A stretch of 49,283 nt of DNA from Arcobacteraceae bacterium (GCA_048268245.1 JBLWVX010000019.1:1-49283), one strand, 5' to 3'; numbered from the stretch's first letter, positions 1-9,578 are shown. The notes: a model not told the origin generated them from the letters alone. Numbers and translations are program-made.

Positions 1-21
1 TAAATAACAAAAAGTGTATAT

Positions 22-1806
22 ATGGGAAAAAGTAATAATTATATGAACTTAGACTTACTTAATGAGGAAGTTTTAATAACTCCTTTAGAATATAATAAAA
101 TATTAACAATTCAGCAAGAAATATTAAATATGTTAGCTGAACAACATGAGACTAAACCTATTTTAGAGATGCTATGTAAATTAGCAGAAACACTTCTTCC
201 TAACTCTGTAGCATCAATTATGCTTTTAGATAAAGATGCAAACCATCTAAATGTTATAGCTGCCCCATCTATTCCAGTAGAAGCACAAAAAGAATTAGAA
301 TACTTAATACCCGGTCCCAAATCAGGTTCATGTGGTAATGCTGTTTATAAAAATGAGGCTATATTTGTGAGAAATACGCAAACAGATAAAAGATGGGAAA
401 ATGTTAGAGACTTTGCACTTAACTTTAACCTTTGTTCTTGCTGGTCTATGCCAATAAGAGATGCAAATAAAATCGCTATTGGATCTTTTGCATTAACTTC
501 ATTTGAGCAAAGAGCTCCAAGTGCATTTCATAAAAAGCTTTTAGAAACAGCTTCATCAATTGTAACAATCGTTTTAAAAAATCAAGAGAATGAAGAAAAG
601 TCAGATTTCCTAGCATACAATGACACCTTAACAGATATATATAATAAATCTTATTTTGAAAAAGTAATTTATGAAAAAAGAGCTAGAACTCTACTTCTTT
701 TAAATATCAATAACTTCAATTATATAAATAGTGCTTATGGATTTAATATAGGAGATAAACTTTTGAGAAAAATTGCAAAAGTTTTAAAAGAAAACTTTAG
801 TGAACATAATAGTTTTAGATTTAACTCAGATGAATTTGCCTTACTTTATGAAGGGAAAATAGATATTGAGAAAAAGATTGAAGAGATTAGAGACTTTTTC
901 TTCTCAAATCCTATAAATATAGCTGAACTAAAAATTAATATTACTTTTTGTATAGGCGCAGTTTACAGTGAAAAGAACCTCTTAAGAAATTCATCAATTG
1001 CACTTAAAAAAGCAAAAGAATTAGGGAAAAACAGACTATATATATTCAAAAAAGATGATGATATTACTTATGAAAAAACTCAATCTTTTATTGATGCAAC
1101 AAATTTAGTTAGAGAAGCTATAGAAAAAAGTTTAATATGTCCTTTTTATCAAGGAATCCATGATAATAAAAAAAATGTACTTACTAAATATGAAGTACTT
1201 GCTAGAATAAAAAAAGATGATAAAATAATATCTCCTTATGAATTTTTAGAAGCAGCTAAACTATCAGGTTTTTTACCTGAAATTACTAAAATTATTATTG
1301 ATAAAAGTTTTGATTATATGAGCAGAAATAGTTATTTATTCTCTATAAATATTACAGAAGAAGATTTAAGTAAAAACTATTTAGTTGATTATTTAAAAAA
1401 TGCCTTACTAATACATAATATAAAAGCTTCACGAGTAACTCTTGAAATACTTGAAGGAATAAGTTCTACAGGTAAGAAAAATCACATAAAACAACTAAAA
1501 GAACTTAAAGATTTAGGATTAAATCTTGCTATTGATGATTTTGGGAGAGAGTACTCAAACTTTGAGAGAATCATCGATTTAGATATAGATAGTATAAAAA
1601 TTGATGCTAAATATATAAAAGATATAGATACAAACTCTAAAAGCTATGAGATTACAAAAGCCTTATCTAGCTTTGCTAAAGGTGCAAAGATATCATGTGT
1701 TGCTGAATTTGTTCATAATGAAAATATTCAAAAAGTAGTTGAGAGTTTAGAAATTGATTATTCACAAGGCTACTATTTTAGTGAACCTTGTGAATATATA
1801 AATTAA
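22..1806 (+). CDS. GAF + degenerate GGDEF + EAL protein, probable c-di-GMP phosphodiesterase
   Basis: GAF motifs (GSCGNAVY, SCWSMPI); GGDEF entry motif DTLT with degenerate NSDEF active site; EAL motifs EVLAR, DDFG, IKID, AEFVH, SQGYYF. Start could be Met8. Confidence 0.9.
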   Translation: MGKSNNYMNLDLLNEEVLITPLEYNKILTIQQEILNMLAEQHETKPILEMLCKLAETLLPNSVASIMLLDKDANHLNVIAAPSIPVEAQKELEYLIPGPKSGSCGNAVYKNEAIFVRNTQTDKRWENVRDFALNFNLCSCWSMPIRDANKIAIGSFALTSFEQRAPSAFHKKLLETASSIVTIVLKNQENEEKSDFLAYNDTLTDIYNKSYFEKVIYEKRARTLLLLNINNFNYINSAYGFNIGDKLLRKIAKVLKENFSEHNSFRFNSDEFALLYEGKIDIEKKIEEIRDFFFSNPINIAELKINITFCIGAVYSEKNLLRNSSIALKKAKELGKNRLYIFKKDDDITYEKTQSFIDATNLVREAIEKSLICPFYQGIHDNKKNVLTKYEVLARIKKDDKIISPYEFLEAAKLSGFLPEITKIIIDKSFDYMSRNSYLFSINITEEDLSKNYLVDYLKNALLIHNIKASRVTLEILEGISSTGKKNHIKQLKELKDLGLNLAIDDFGREYSNFERIIDLDIDSIKIDAKYIKDIDTNSKSYEITKALSSFAKGAKISCVAEFVHNENIQKVVESLEIDYSQGYYFSEPCEYIN

Positions 1807-1825
1807 GGTTTTATAAAAACCTTAA
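1803..1825. terminator. Hairpin between convergent genes, probable bidirectional terminator
   Basis: ttaaggtttt / aaaaccttaa inverted repeat overlapping both stop codons. Confidence 0.5.
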
Positions 1826-3147
1826 AAAACATAAACTGCTGCGAACCATCCAAATAAAATCAATGGAATATTATAGTGAATAAAAGTAGGAACTACAGTA
1901 TCCCATATATGGTCATGTTGCCCATCTACGTTTAATCCCGATGTTGGTCCTAGTGTACTATCTGAGGCTGGACTACCAGCATCACCAAGAGCTGCTGCTG
2001 TTCCTATAATTGCAATTGTTGCCATTGCAGAAAAATCCATTTGCATACATAAAGGTGCATAAATAGTAGCAATAATTGGAATAGTTGAAAAAGAGGACCC
2101 TATTCCCATAGTAATAAATAAACCAACAATTAGCATTAAAAATACTGCAAGAGATTTATTTTCACCTATTAAATCAGAGATAGATGCTACAAGTGTTTCA
2201 ACACCTCCTGTTTCATTTATCACATTTGCAAAACCATTTGCTGCTATCATAATAAAACCAATCATTCCCATCATCTTAAGACCTTTGGTAAAGAAGTCCT
2301 GTGTTTGATTTGCTTTAATAACTCCAGCAACTATAAAGATAATAAATCCTGCAAGAGAACCTAAAATAATAGACTTAGTATAAAGTTGTAAACCTAAAGC
2401 CGTAACTATTGATGCTAAAGCAATAACTATATAGAAGCTATTTATCTCATTTTTTTGAGATTCACTTTCAAGTATCATATCCACATTATAAACTCTTTTT
2501 TTTCTATATGTAAAAAACATAGCCGTAAGTAAACCCAAAAACATTCCAAGAACAGGAATAGACATTGCAATAGGTAATTGAGCACTTAATGCTTCTACAC
2601 CATTATCAACTAAGTTTTTAAGTAGAATCTCATTTAAAAATATACCTCCAAAACCAATAGGAAGTAACATATAAGTTGCAACTAAACCAAATGTAATAAC
2701 ACAAGCTACAACTCTTCTATCTAATTTTAATTCAGACATAGAATGAAGTAAAGGCGGGATTAAAATAGGAATAAATGCAATATGCACAGGTATAAGATTT
2801 TGAGAAGAAATAGCTGCTAATAAAATAAGTGTAAGCATTAAATATTTAATATAAATAAACTGCATAGAAGAAGAGCTATTACCTACTTTTTTTATTATCA
2901 TATTTGATAATAAATCTGTGATTCCAGACTTTGAAATAGCTACAGCGAAAGTTCCAAGCATAGCATAACTAAGTGCAATTGTAGCACCATCTCCTAGACC
3001 AGCATTAAAAGCTTTTATAGTTTCATTTATATCTAAACCTGCACTAAGTCCTCCTACAATTGCTCCAATTATTAAAGCAATAACAATATTTACTCTAACT
3101 AATGAGAGTAAGACCATAGCCATAACGGCAATAATTACAGAGTTCAT
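1822..3147 (-). CDS. Na+/H+ antiporter-family (YuiF-like) membrane transporter, possibly for amino acids
   Basis: 441 aa polytopic protein; family motifs [45 protein letters not shown]. Confidence 0.8.
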   Translation of the reverse strand: MNSVIIAVMAMVLLSLVRVNIVIALIIGAIVGGLSAGLDINETIKAFNAGLGDGATIALSYAMLGTFAVAISKSGITDLLSNMIIKKVGNSSSSMQFIYIKYLMLTLILLAAISSQNLIPVHIAFIPILIPPLLHSMSELKLDRRVVACVITFGLVATYMLLPIGFGGIFLNEILLKNLVDNGVEALSAQLPIAMSIPVLGMFLGLLTAMFFTYRKKRVYNVDMILESESQKNEINSFYIVIALASIVTALGLQLYTKSIILGSLAGFIIFIVAGVIKANQTQDFFTKGLKMMGMIGFIMIAANGFANVINETGGVETLVASISDLIGENKSLAVFLMLIVGLFITMGIGSSFSTIPIIATIYAPLCMQMDFSAMATIAIIGTAAALGDAGSPASDSTLGPTSGLNVDGQHDHIWDTVVPTFIHYNIPLILFGWFAAVYVF

Positions 3148-3385
3148 CTGTTTTCCTTTTATATAACATTTAGTGTTGTTTCAAAAACAAAGTTGAAAGT
3201 CTACTTAAAGTTATGTAAAAGTTGCATAAACTTATATTTTTATTGTTCATTATATTTAAGATATAAAGGTTTTTTTTAAAAATTAGAATTAAGCGCTTCT
3301 TTTGGAGTTTGCCAGTTTAATGAGTCCTTTGAAAATATACACAATATGATGAAAATAGCAGATACAAATATGTATCAAGATAAGA

Positions 3386-3412
3386 AAAACTACCTTAGAA
3401 GTAGGTAGTTTT
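3386..3412 (-). terminator. Intrinsic terminator of the RraA-family gene
   Basis: aaaactacct-N7-aggtagtttt immediately after the stop codon. Confidence 0.65.
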
Positions 3413-3414
3413 AT

Positions 3415-4017
3415 CTAATTATAAAATGAATCTATTTTTTCTTTATGATTAGCAGCCCATTGCTCAAAACTCATAGCTCTTTCTTTTTCAACATTTGCTT
3501 TAGTTTGTTCATAAATCTCTTGGGCTTTATCTTTTGGAATTACAACAACTCCTTCTTCATCTGCAACGATAATATCTCCAGGATTAACAGCAATACCACC
3601 TGCTTTAATTGGAACATTTACAGGAACTGCATTTTTTTTGCCTCCAGGCATTGGTAATACACCTCTTCCAAATATTGCCACTTCATTTTCTCTTATCTCA
3701 GCAATATCTCTTACCGTTCCATCAATTACAAAACCTGTTATTCCTCTTTTCTTAGCAATTAAAGCAACATTTCCACCAATAACAGAGTAATCAACTGTAT
3801 TTGATTGAGCTACAATAATAGATCCAACTGGTGCTTCATATATTGCTCTATGCAATGCCAAATTTTCACCTGCTACCATTTCCACAGTAAAAGCAGGTCC
3901 TGAAATTCTCGGTATTCCTGCCCATAGCTCTTTTATACCAGAATCCATAAAACTTTCTCTTTTTAATGGACCTGCATAATCACAAGGGGAAAAGTCTGCA
4001 AACTTCTTATAATCCAT
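3415..4017 (-). CDS. RraA family protein / HMG aldolase-like
   Basis: GPAFTV, GFVIDGTVRD, VNPGDIIVADEEGVVVIP motifs; GAGGAG RBS. Confidence 0.88.
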   Translation of the reverse strand: MDYKKFADFSPCDYAGPLKRESFMDSGIKELWAGIPRISGPAFTVEMVAGENLALHRAIYEAPVGSIIVAQSNTVDYSVIGGNVALIAKKRGITGFVIDGTVRDIAEIRENEVAIFGRGVLPMPGGKKNAVPVNVPIKAGGIAVNPGDIIVADEEGVVVIPKDKAQEIYEQTKANVEKERAMSFEQWAANHKEKIDSFYN

Positions 4018-4536
4018 ATAATCTCCTCAATATTAATGAAATAATTATACAGTGTCTAACTAAATAATACTTGATTTTTTACAAATTCCTATTTAGATTT
4101 ATTCTTGTGTATAAATACAAAAGATATAATTACCCAGTATTTAAAAAGTAACTCTACTTTTTTAAATATAAAATAAAACAAATATTTTCTCACTTATAGT
4201 ACTTGAGCTTTAGCATTTTTTTTGATTTTAAACTATATTTTCACCTCAATTTCAAATCAAAAAAACAATACCAACTCTATTGAAGAGTGGAAAAATAAAA
4301 GAGCTCTTTCATGGTATTTATATAAATACTTACAATAATATACTTCATATTTATCCCACTGTAAACTTAGCTTACGAAAAACATGCTGCTGCTCCTACAA
4401 CACAGCATTGGTATGATGCAGCTAATTTTAAAAATAAAACATTTATTTGTAAGTTTTAATTATATTCCTAATAGTTCAATTAAAGTATCAGGTACAAGCA
4501 GGCATATAAAAGGCCACATATTTTTATATTGGTCTT

Positions 4537-4956
4537 TTATATCCCCATAATCGTAGCAACAAGATTTCTATTACCACCATAATCTCTATGTTCACCTAGA
4601 TATATTCCCTGCCAAGTGCCAAGGTTTAATTCACCATTTGAAATAGGTATTGTAAGGCTTACTCCAAACAGTGAAGATTTTATATGAGCTGGCATATCAT
4701 CATCCCCTTCATAAGTGTGTTCAAAATATGTTTTATTTGAAATCACATCATTTACAAATCTTTCCATATCATCTCTAACACTACTATCACAATTTTCATT
4801 TATTGTAAGACTAGCACTTGTATGTTTTATAAAAAGATTAAGTGTGGCAACTTTAAAATTTTTTATTTCATTAAGATTTGATAGAACTTCATTTGTTATT
4901 AAATGAAAGCCTCTATTTTTTGATTTTAGTTTAAATTCTTTTTGTATTATATTCAT
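4537..4956 (-). CDS. yjbQ: Secondary thiamine-phosphate synthase YjbQ (UPF0047)
   Basis: HTSASLTINEN, EGDDDMPAHIK, LGTWQGIYLGEHR signatures. Confidence 0.92.
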   Translation of the reverse strand: MNIIQKEFKLKSKNRGFHLITNEVLSNLNEIKNFKVATLNLFIKHTSASLTINENCDSSVRDDMERFVNDVISNKTYFEHTYEGDDDMPAHIKSSLFGVSLTIPISNGELNLGTWQGIYLGEHRDYGGNRNLVATIMGI

Positions 4957-5000
4957 AAGTTTAATGATATCAAGTTTTATATTAGAAGATTAAGAAAAGC

Positions 5001-5034
5001 GTAAAACTACCATATGACACTTAGGTAGCTTTAC
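5001..5034 (-). terminator. Intrinsic terminator downstream of the 25-aa small ORF
   Basis: Minus strand gtaaagctacc-N12-ggtagttttac (one G-U pair) followed by gcttttct. Confidence 0.6.
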
Positions 5035-5070
5035 TTTAATAGGAACTATATATATTCAGTTTTTTAGTTT

Positions 5071-5148
5071 TTATAAGCTAGCACTTATAAAACCAATAGC
5101 TGCAAAAGATACAACTACTAAAACAATTAAGTTTCTTAAGAAAGTCAT
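5071..5148 (-). CDS. Unannotated 25-aa hydrophobic small protein MTFLRNLIVLVVVSFAAIGFISASL
   Basis: ATG start, AAAGGA RBS, one transmembrane-length segment, own conserved promoter (5191-5247) and downstream terminator. Confidence 0.65.
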   Translation of the reverse strand: MTFLRNLIVLVVVSFAAIGFISASL

Positions 5149-5190
5149 ACTAAATCCTTTAAGTTTTATTTCTTGTTTGTGGCTAATATA

Positions 5191-5247
5191 ATTGTATTGG
5201 ATAATTGTCAATTTCTAAACGTAATTTTTCTTTACAATTTCTTGACA
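5191..5247 (-). promoter_or_regulatory. Conserved promoter copy A (putative OmpR-type direct-repeat box plus -10)
   Basis: Minus strand TGTCAA-N5-TGTAAA-N19-TTGACA-N9-TACAAT; same spacing as copies at 8727 and 9033. Confidence 0.75.
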
Positions 5248-5262
5248 TATTTATTTTATATT

Positions 5263-6648
5263 TTAAAAGACAATTGAAAAGATATTATGTGGTTTAGTAT
5301 AGTTATATTCAAGTTTGAAATCATGCATTTGAAGAATTTTATTTACAATATTTAATCCTAAACCATGACCCACTTGCTGATTTGGTTCTCTTGTAAATGG
5401 TTGAGTATAGTATATAAGATCACTAGCAAGTTTATTAGCAATGTTTTTAACTTCAATTCTATTTTCATTTACTTCAATTTTAATAGGATATTCATCTGCA
5501 TATTTCATTGCATTATCTATCAAGTTTTTTAGTGCTATTGTTAGATAATACTTATCAGCATGAATATAGAAATCATCTTTTATATCAAGTTCTATTTTAG
5601 ACTCATCATCAATTGAAAGTTTCGATAATGATTCAAGAATTAATGTACTTGTTTTAAACTTAGAAGGGTTTACTTTTGCAAAATTAAGTTTCTCTCTTTG
5701 TAAAAGCTTACTTGTAAGCTCTTCAATATCAACAATAACACTGTTTAAACTATCAATTTCTTTATTATCTTCACTGTGTTTTAAATTCTCAAGTAAAAAT
5801 TTTGCTTTTGAAATAGGTGTTTTTAGTTCATGACTTATATTTCTTAAAAGCTCTTCTCTTGAATGAATAATATCACCTTGTTTTTCAAGATATGAATTTA
5901 AATTACATGTTATTTCAGTTAATTCATTGTTTTTACCAATATCAACTTTTATGGTATTTTCATCATCTTTAAAAAGCTGTAAAACACCTTTGTTTAATTT
6001 ATCAAGTTTGTCTTTAATTTTTTTAGTAATACTAGAGGAAATAATAAAAGATAAAAGAAATGCAATAAAAAATAATATTACTAATTCAACTTTTATTGTA
6101 TCAATAAACTGATTTCTACTTTGCTCAGTCTTATCAAGTTGAGACTGTAAGTAAAGTATCTCTTCATTTAAAAGCTTAGTTACTTTAAAACTTATATTGT
6201 TGAACTTTTTGTTAAATAAATCAAAATCTTCTTCACTTTTACTTATGAGTACTAATTCATATAATTCATATTTGATTAATTTTTCAACTTTTAGTAAGTA
6301 TTTAAATATCAATTCTAAGTTCTGTTTTTCACTTATAGATTCAGAGTTCTCAATAACTTGTTTTTTCTTTAGAATCAATGTCTTAAAAAGTTCATCTGAT
6401 TTACTTAGACGTTTTTTTACTACATCTATTTTTTCATAATCAGTTACAATATCTAAAACAATCCAAGAAAAAGAGTTATTAAACTCTTTTAGCTTTTCAA
6501 CTCGTCTTATTTGATCATATCTGTGAGTTTGACTTTTATGAATTTCACTTAGATTAAAAATAGTGTAAAAAAACACTCCTATTATAAATAAAATAATAAG
6601 TAAAATAAGTGAAAATGAAATAAAAAGTCTTTGTCTAATTGTTATCAC
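5263..6648 (-). CDS. Membrane sensor histidine kinase (TM-periplasmic-TM-HAMP-HisKA-HATPase)
   Basis: H-box ISHELKTP, N-box KNLIDNAMKY, G-box GHGLGL; GTG start overlapping the regulator. Confidence 0.93.
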   Translation of the reverse strand: MITIRQRLFISFSLILLIILFIIGVFFYTIFNLSEIHKSQTHRYDQIRRVEKLKEFNNSFSWIVLDIVTDYEKIDVVKKRLSKSDELFKTLILKKKQVIENSESISEKQNLELIFKYLLKVEKLIKYELYELVLISKSEEDFDLFNKKFNNISFKVTKLLNEEILYLQSQLDKTEQSRNQFIDTIKVELVILFFIAFLLSFIISSSITKKIKDKLDKLNKGVLQLFKDDENTIKVDIGKNNELTEITCNLNSYLEKQGDIIHSREELLRNISHELKTPISKAKFLLENLKHSEDNKEIDSLNSVIVDIEELTSKLLQREKLNFAKVNPSKFKTSTLILESLSKLSIDDESKIELDIKDDFYIHADKYYLTIALKNLIDNAMKYADEYPIKIEVNENRIEVKNIANKLASDLIYYTQPFTREPNQQVGHGLGLNIVNKILQMHDFKLEYNYTKPHNIFSIVF

Positions 6649-7315
6649 AAAATTTATACCCTATTCCCCAAACTGACTTGATGTATCTTGATTCTTTTGA
6701 GTCATCATTTATTTTAAATCGAATATTACTTACATGCATATCAATAGTTCTATTTTTTGTATCTTCTTTTAAAGAAGTTTGATTTACAATATCTTCTCTT
6801 GATATAACTTTATTAATATTATCAATAAACATAAAGAAAATTTCTGATTCTATTTTGGTAAACTCAATTTGTTGATTTTCTAAAAAAACTCTTTCTTTAT
6901 TTAAATCAATTAATAAATCATTTATTTGAATTTCATCACTGTCATTATATCGTTTAAGAGTAGCATCAATTCTTAAAACTAATTCCCTTGGTTCGTAAGG
7001 TTTAGAGAGATAATCATCTGCTCCAAGTTCAAAGCCATAAATCTTATTTCCAATATCATCCCTAGCAGTTGATATAATAATAGGAATGTTTTTTATGTTT
7101 TTTAGTTTTTTAAAAAGATCAAAGCCATCCATTCTAGGAAGGCCTAAATCTAAAATAATAATAGAGTATTTGAAGTGATTTGCTTCAAACTCCTCTAATG
7201 CTTCTAAAGGTTGAGAATAAACACTACATGTATAATTGTAATCTTTTAAAAAATTACTTATAAGTTTTTGTAGTTCAATATTATCTTCAATCAATAGAAC
7301 ATTTTTATTTTTCAC
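6635..7315 (-). CDS. OmpR/PhoB-family response regulator
   Basis: LLIED, ILDLGLP (phospho-Asp), GADDYLSKP, winged-helix RTIDMHVSNIR...VWGIGYKF; GTG start. Confidence 0.95.
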   Translation of the reverse strand: MKNKNVLLIEDNIELQKLISNFLKDYNYTCSVYSQPLEALEEFEANHFKYSIIILDLGLPRMDGFDLFKKLKNIKNIPIIISTARDDIGNKIYGFELGADDYLSKPYEPRELVLRIDATLKRYNDSDEIQINDLLIDLNKERVFLENQQIEFTKIESEIFFMFIDNINKVISREDIVNQTSLKEDTKNRTIDMHVSNIRFKINDDSKESRYIKSVWGIGYKFCDNN

Positions 7316-7348
7316 TTTTTAGCCTCATTTTCTAATATCTTATAATGT

Positions 7349-8680
7349 TTATTTTTTCTTTGATACTGATTTTAACCAAAAATATCCAAATAAACCTGAA
7401 AATAAAGAAGCACTTAGAATTCCTATCTTAGCTTGGAAAATAAGTTCAGGATTTCCAACAAAAGCTAAATCTGCAACAAAGATAGACATAGTAAATCCAA
7501 TTCCACCTAAAAATGCCACACCAAATACTTGACTCATACTACTATCTTTTGGAAGTTGAGCAATCTTTAATTTTACAGCTAACCATGAAACTCCAAAAAT
7601 TCCAATCACTTTTCCTAAAATAAGACCTAAAATAATACCTAAAGAAACAGGCTCTAAAATTGTTGTTCCAATAGAGCCAAAATCTATTTTTACTCCAGCA
7701 TTTGCTAAAGCAAAGATTGGGATAATTAATAGTGCAACAGGTAAATGTAGATTATGTTCTAACCTTGCAGCAGGAGTTCCAACTTCATCAATCTTATCTT
7801 GAATATTTGTTAAAATCTTTTTTTGTTCTTCATGCATCATATGGTTTTCTTGCACAGGATATTTATCATATTCATCTAATAAATGTTTTGTATCAGCAGT
7901 TAATGTTTCTGGTGCTCTTTTTGGAGTTGATGGTATTGCTAAGGCTGCTAATACACCTGCGATAGTTGCATGTACACCTGACTCAAGCATAAAAAACCAC
8001 ATAAATAAACCAACTACAAAATATGGTAAAATCATATGAATTCCGAATCTATTAAATAGAATCATTACTGCAAACATCGCTCCTGATAAACCTAATGGAA
8101 GCATATTAATAGTTTCAGTATAAAATATTGCAATAACTAAAACAGCACCTAAATCATCTACAATAGCAAGTGCAACCAAAAATGTTACAAGTGCAGTTGG
8201 AACTCTTTTTCCTAATAAAACTAAAGCACTAATTGCAAAAGCAATATCTGTTGCCATTGGAATACCCCAACCAGCAGTAGCTGCAGTTCCATAGTTTAAA
8301 CTTGTATAGATTAATGCAGGGAAAACCATACCACCAATAGCAGCTAAAATAGGAAGCATTGCTACTTTCAAGTTAGATAATTCTCCTGATGTAAGTTCTC
8401 TTTTTATTTCTAATCCAATTAAAAAGAAGAAAATTGCCATAAGAGCATCATTTATCCAATCTTGCAATGAATGAGAAAGTTCCCATGAACCTACATTAAA
8501 ATCAATATAAGTATTAAAAAAGTGTGCATAGGTTTCATATAAAGGACTATTTGCTAATACTAATGCCAAAACTGTCATTATTATCAAAATCAAACCTGTT
8601 GTTGTTTGGGCATGTAAGAACTCTTCAAAAGGTGTTGATACTTTTTTAAAAGCCTTTTCCCAAGGTGCGTATAGTTTCAT
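7349..8680 (-). CDS. nhaA: Na+/H+ antiporter NhaA (copy 1)
   Basis: WINDALMAIFF, GWGIPMATDIAF, LAIVDDLG, GVHATIAG, GIGFTMSIF. Confidence 0.95.
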   Translation of the reverse strand: MKLYAPWEKAFKKVSTPFEEFLHAQTTTGLILIIMTVLALVLANSPLYETYAHFFNTYIDFNVGSWELSHSLQDWINDALMAIFFFLIGLEIKRELTSGELSNLKVAMLPILAAIGGMVFPALIYTSLNYGTAATAGWGIPMATDIAFAISALVLLGKRVPTALVTFLVALAIVDDLGAVLVIAIFYTETINMLPLGLSGAMFAVMILFNRFGIHMILPYFVVGLFMWFFMLESGVHATIAGVLAALAIPSTPKRAPETLTADTKHLLDEYDKYPVQENHMMHEEQKKILTNIQDKIDEVGTPAARLEHNLHLPVALLIIPIFALANAGVKIDFGSIGTTILEPVSLGIILGLILGKVIGIFGVSWLAVKLKIAQLPKDSSMSQVFGVAFLGGIGFTMSIFVADLAFVGNPELIFQAKIGILSASLFSGLFGYFWLKSVSKKK

Positions 8681-8726
8681 TTAAACTCCTAGTAAAATTT
8701 TTAACTATTTATTTGTAAAATGTCAA

Positions 8727-8783
8727 ATTATACTAATTAAATGTCAAGATAGTTACACATTATTTATTGACATTTTCTTGACA
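8727..8783 (-). promoter_or_regulatory. Conserved promoter copy B, upstream of the nhaA-regulator-kinase operon
   Basis: Minus strand TGTCAA-N5-TGTCAA-N19-TTGACA-N9-TATAAT. Confidence 0.8.
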
Positions 8784-8839
8784 ATAATTGAAAAAGGTAT
8801 TATATAACTTTTATGTAAGGGGTTTATCAAAAAAGATTT

Positions 8840-9027
8840 TGTAAAGAAGATGAGATAAGTAGTATTCTTTAGCTCTAGTTAAATAAACTGTTAATTTGTT
8901 AGGTGGGGTGTAAAAAGAATTCTAATCTATCTCATCTTAAAAATATTGGAGAATATTTTTTAATCACGGTTTATAATGTTGAAAATTGCACTACTACTTT
9001 ACATAAGCATATACTAGTAGTGATTGT
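8840..9027 (-). ncRNA. Candidate structured small RNA (or long nhaA leader); ends approximate
   Basis: Begins just downstream of promoter C. Three stems: 9015-9022/8989-8996; 8952-8960/8939-8947 with CUCC loop; 8914-8938/8847-8870 enclosing a C-rich loop. G-U pairs favour the minus strand. No credible ORF. Confidence 0.5.
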
Positions 9028-9032
9028 ACAAA

Positions 9033-9089
9033 ATTATATATTAGAATTGTCAATTTTAAAATGTAATATCTCTTGACATTTTATTGACA
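9033..9089 (-). promoter_or_regulatory. Conserved promoter copy C, upstream of the candidate sRNA
   Basis: Minus strand TGTCAA-N5-TGTCAA-N19-TTGACA-N9-TATAAT. Confidence 0.78.
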
Positions 9090-9154
9090 AAAAAAATAAT
9101 ATTATTTTAAATACAAATATGTAAAAATAAGATATAATCAATTAGGATTTACAC

Positions 9155-9415
9155 ATGAAAGAAAAAAAAGAAGACAATTCATTATCAGAAAAAATATTTA
9201 AAATTTTAGTTGCACTAGTTGTACTAGTTTTTGTAATAATTATTATACAACAACCAAGTGGTAGTTTTTCATTTTCAGAAAATAAATTAAGAGAATCTCC
9301 AAAAAGTAGGCCAACACCAATTGATAGTGTACCCAGTGAACTTAAATGGACTGATTCATTTAAAGGTATTTCAAATGAAAAAAGTGATTCTAAAGATAAA
9401 GGCTTTTTAGACTAA
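9155..9415 (+). CDS. Hypothetical single-pass membrane protein (86 aa)
   Basis: TATAAT at 9133-9138, AGGA RBS, hydrophobic ILVALVVLVFVIIII segment. Confidence 0.7.
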   Translation: MKEKKEDNSLSEKIFKILVALVVLVFVIIIIQQPSGSFSFSENKLRESPKSRPTPIDSVPSELKWTDSFKGISNEKSDSKDKGFLD

Positions 9416-9425
9416 GGAGTTTAAA

Positions 9426-9578
9426 ATGGAATTAATTTTTATAATCTTTTATATAGTTATGTTTCTTATAGCTTTAATTCTTTCTTATCAATCTATTAAA
9501 TATTTTAAAACTATGTGGAAATTTAAAAATAGAAAAAAAGATGGTAGTGAAGATAAAGACTTTAAGTATTTTGATTAG
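9426..9578 (+). CDS. Unannotated 50-aa single-pass membrane protein (MELIFIIFYIVMFLIALILSYQSIKYF...DFKYFD)
   Basis: AAGGAG RBS overlapping the upstream stop; N-terminal TM helix with basic tail. Confidence 0.65.
   Translation: MELIFIIFYIVMFLIALILSYQSIKYFKTMWKFKNRKKDGSEDKDFKYFD

Noticed and set aside
3276..3374. Minus-strand GGCAAAC...GCGC as a c-di-GMP-I riboswitch, or SLNWQTPKEAL as an IS transposase tail
   Set aside because: No GNRA-capped P2 stem or P3; no IS ends or other transposase sequence. The 32-codon frame could equally be a membrane-protein remnant and is too short to call.
8767..8806. TTGACA hexamers read as ordinary plus-strand -35 boxes
   Set aside because: They occur as 11-bp-period pairs at fixed distance from a minus-strand -10 in all three copies, and this lineage generally lacks -35 boxes; an antisense promoter here is not fully excluded
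8976..9017. 13-aa plus-strand ORF MLKIALLLYISIY inside the candidate RNA
   Set aside because: No properly spaced RBS; such short ORFs arise by chance in AT-rich DNA
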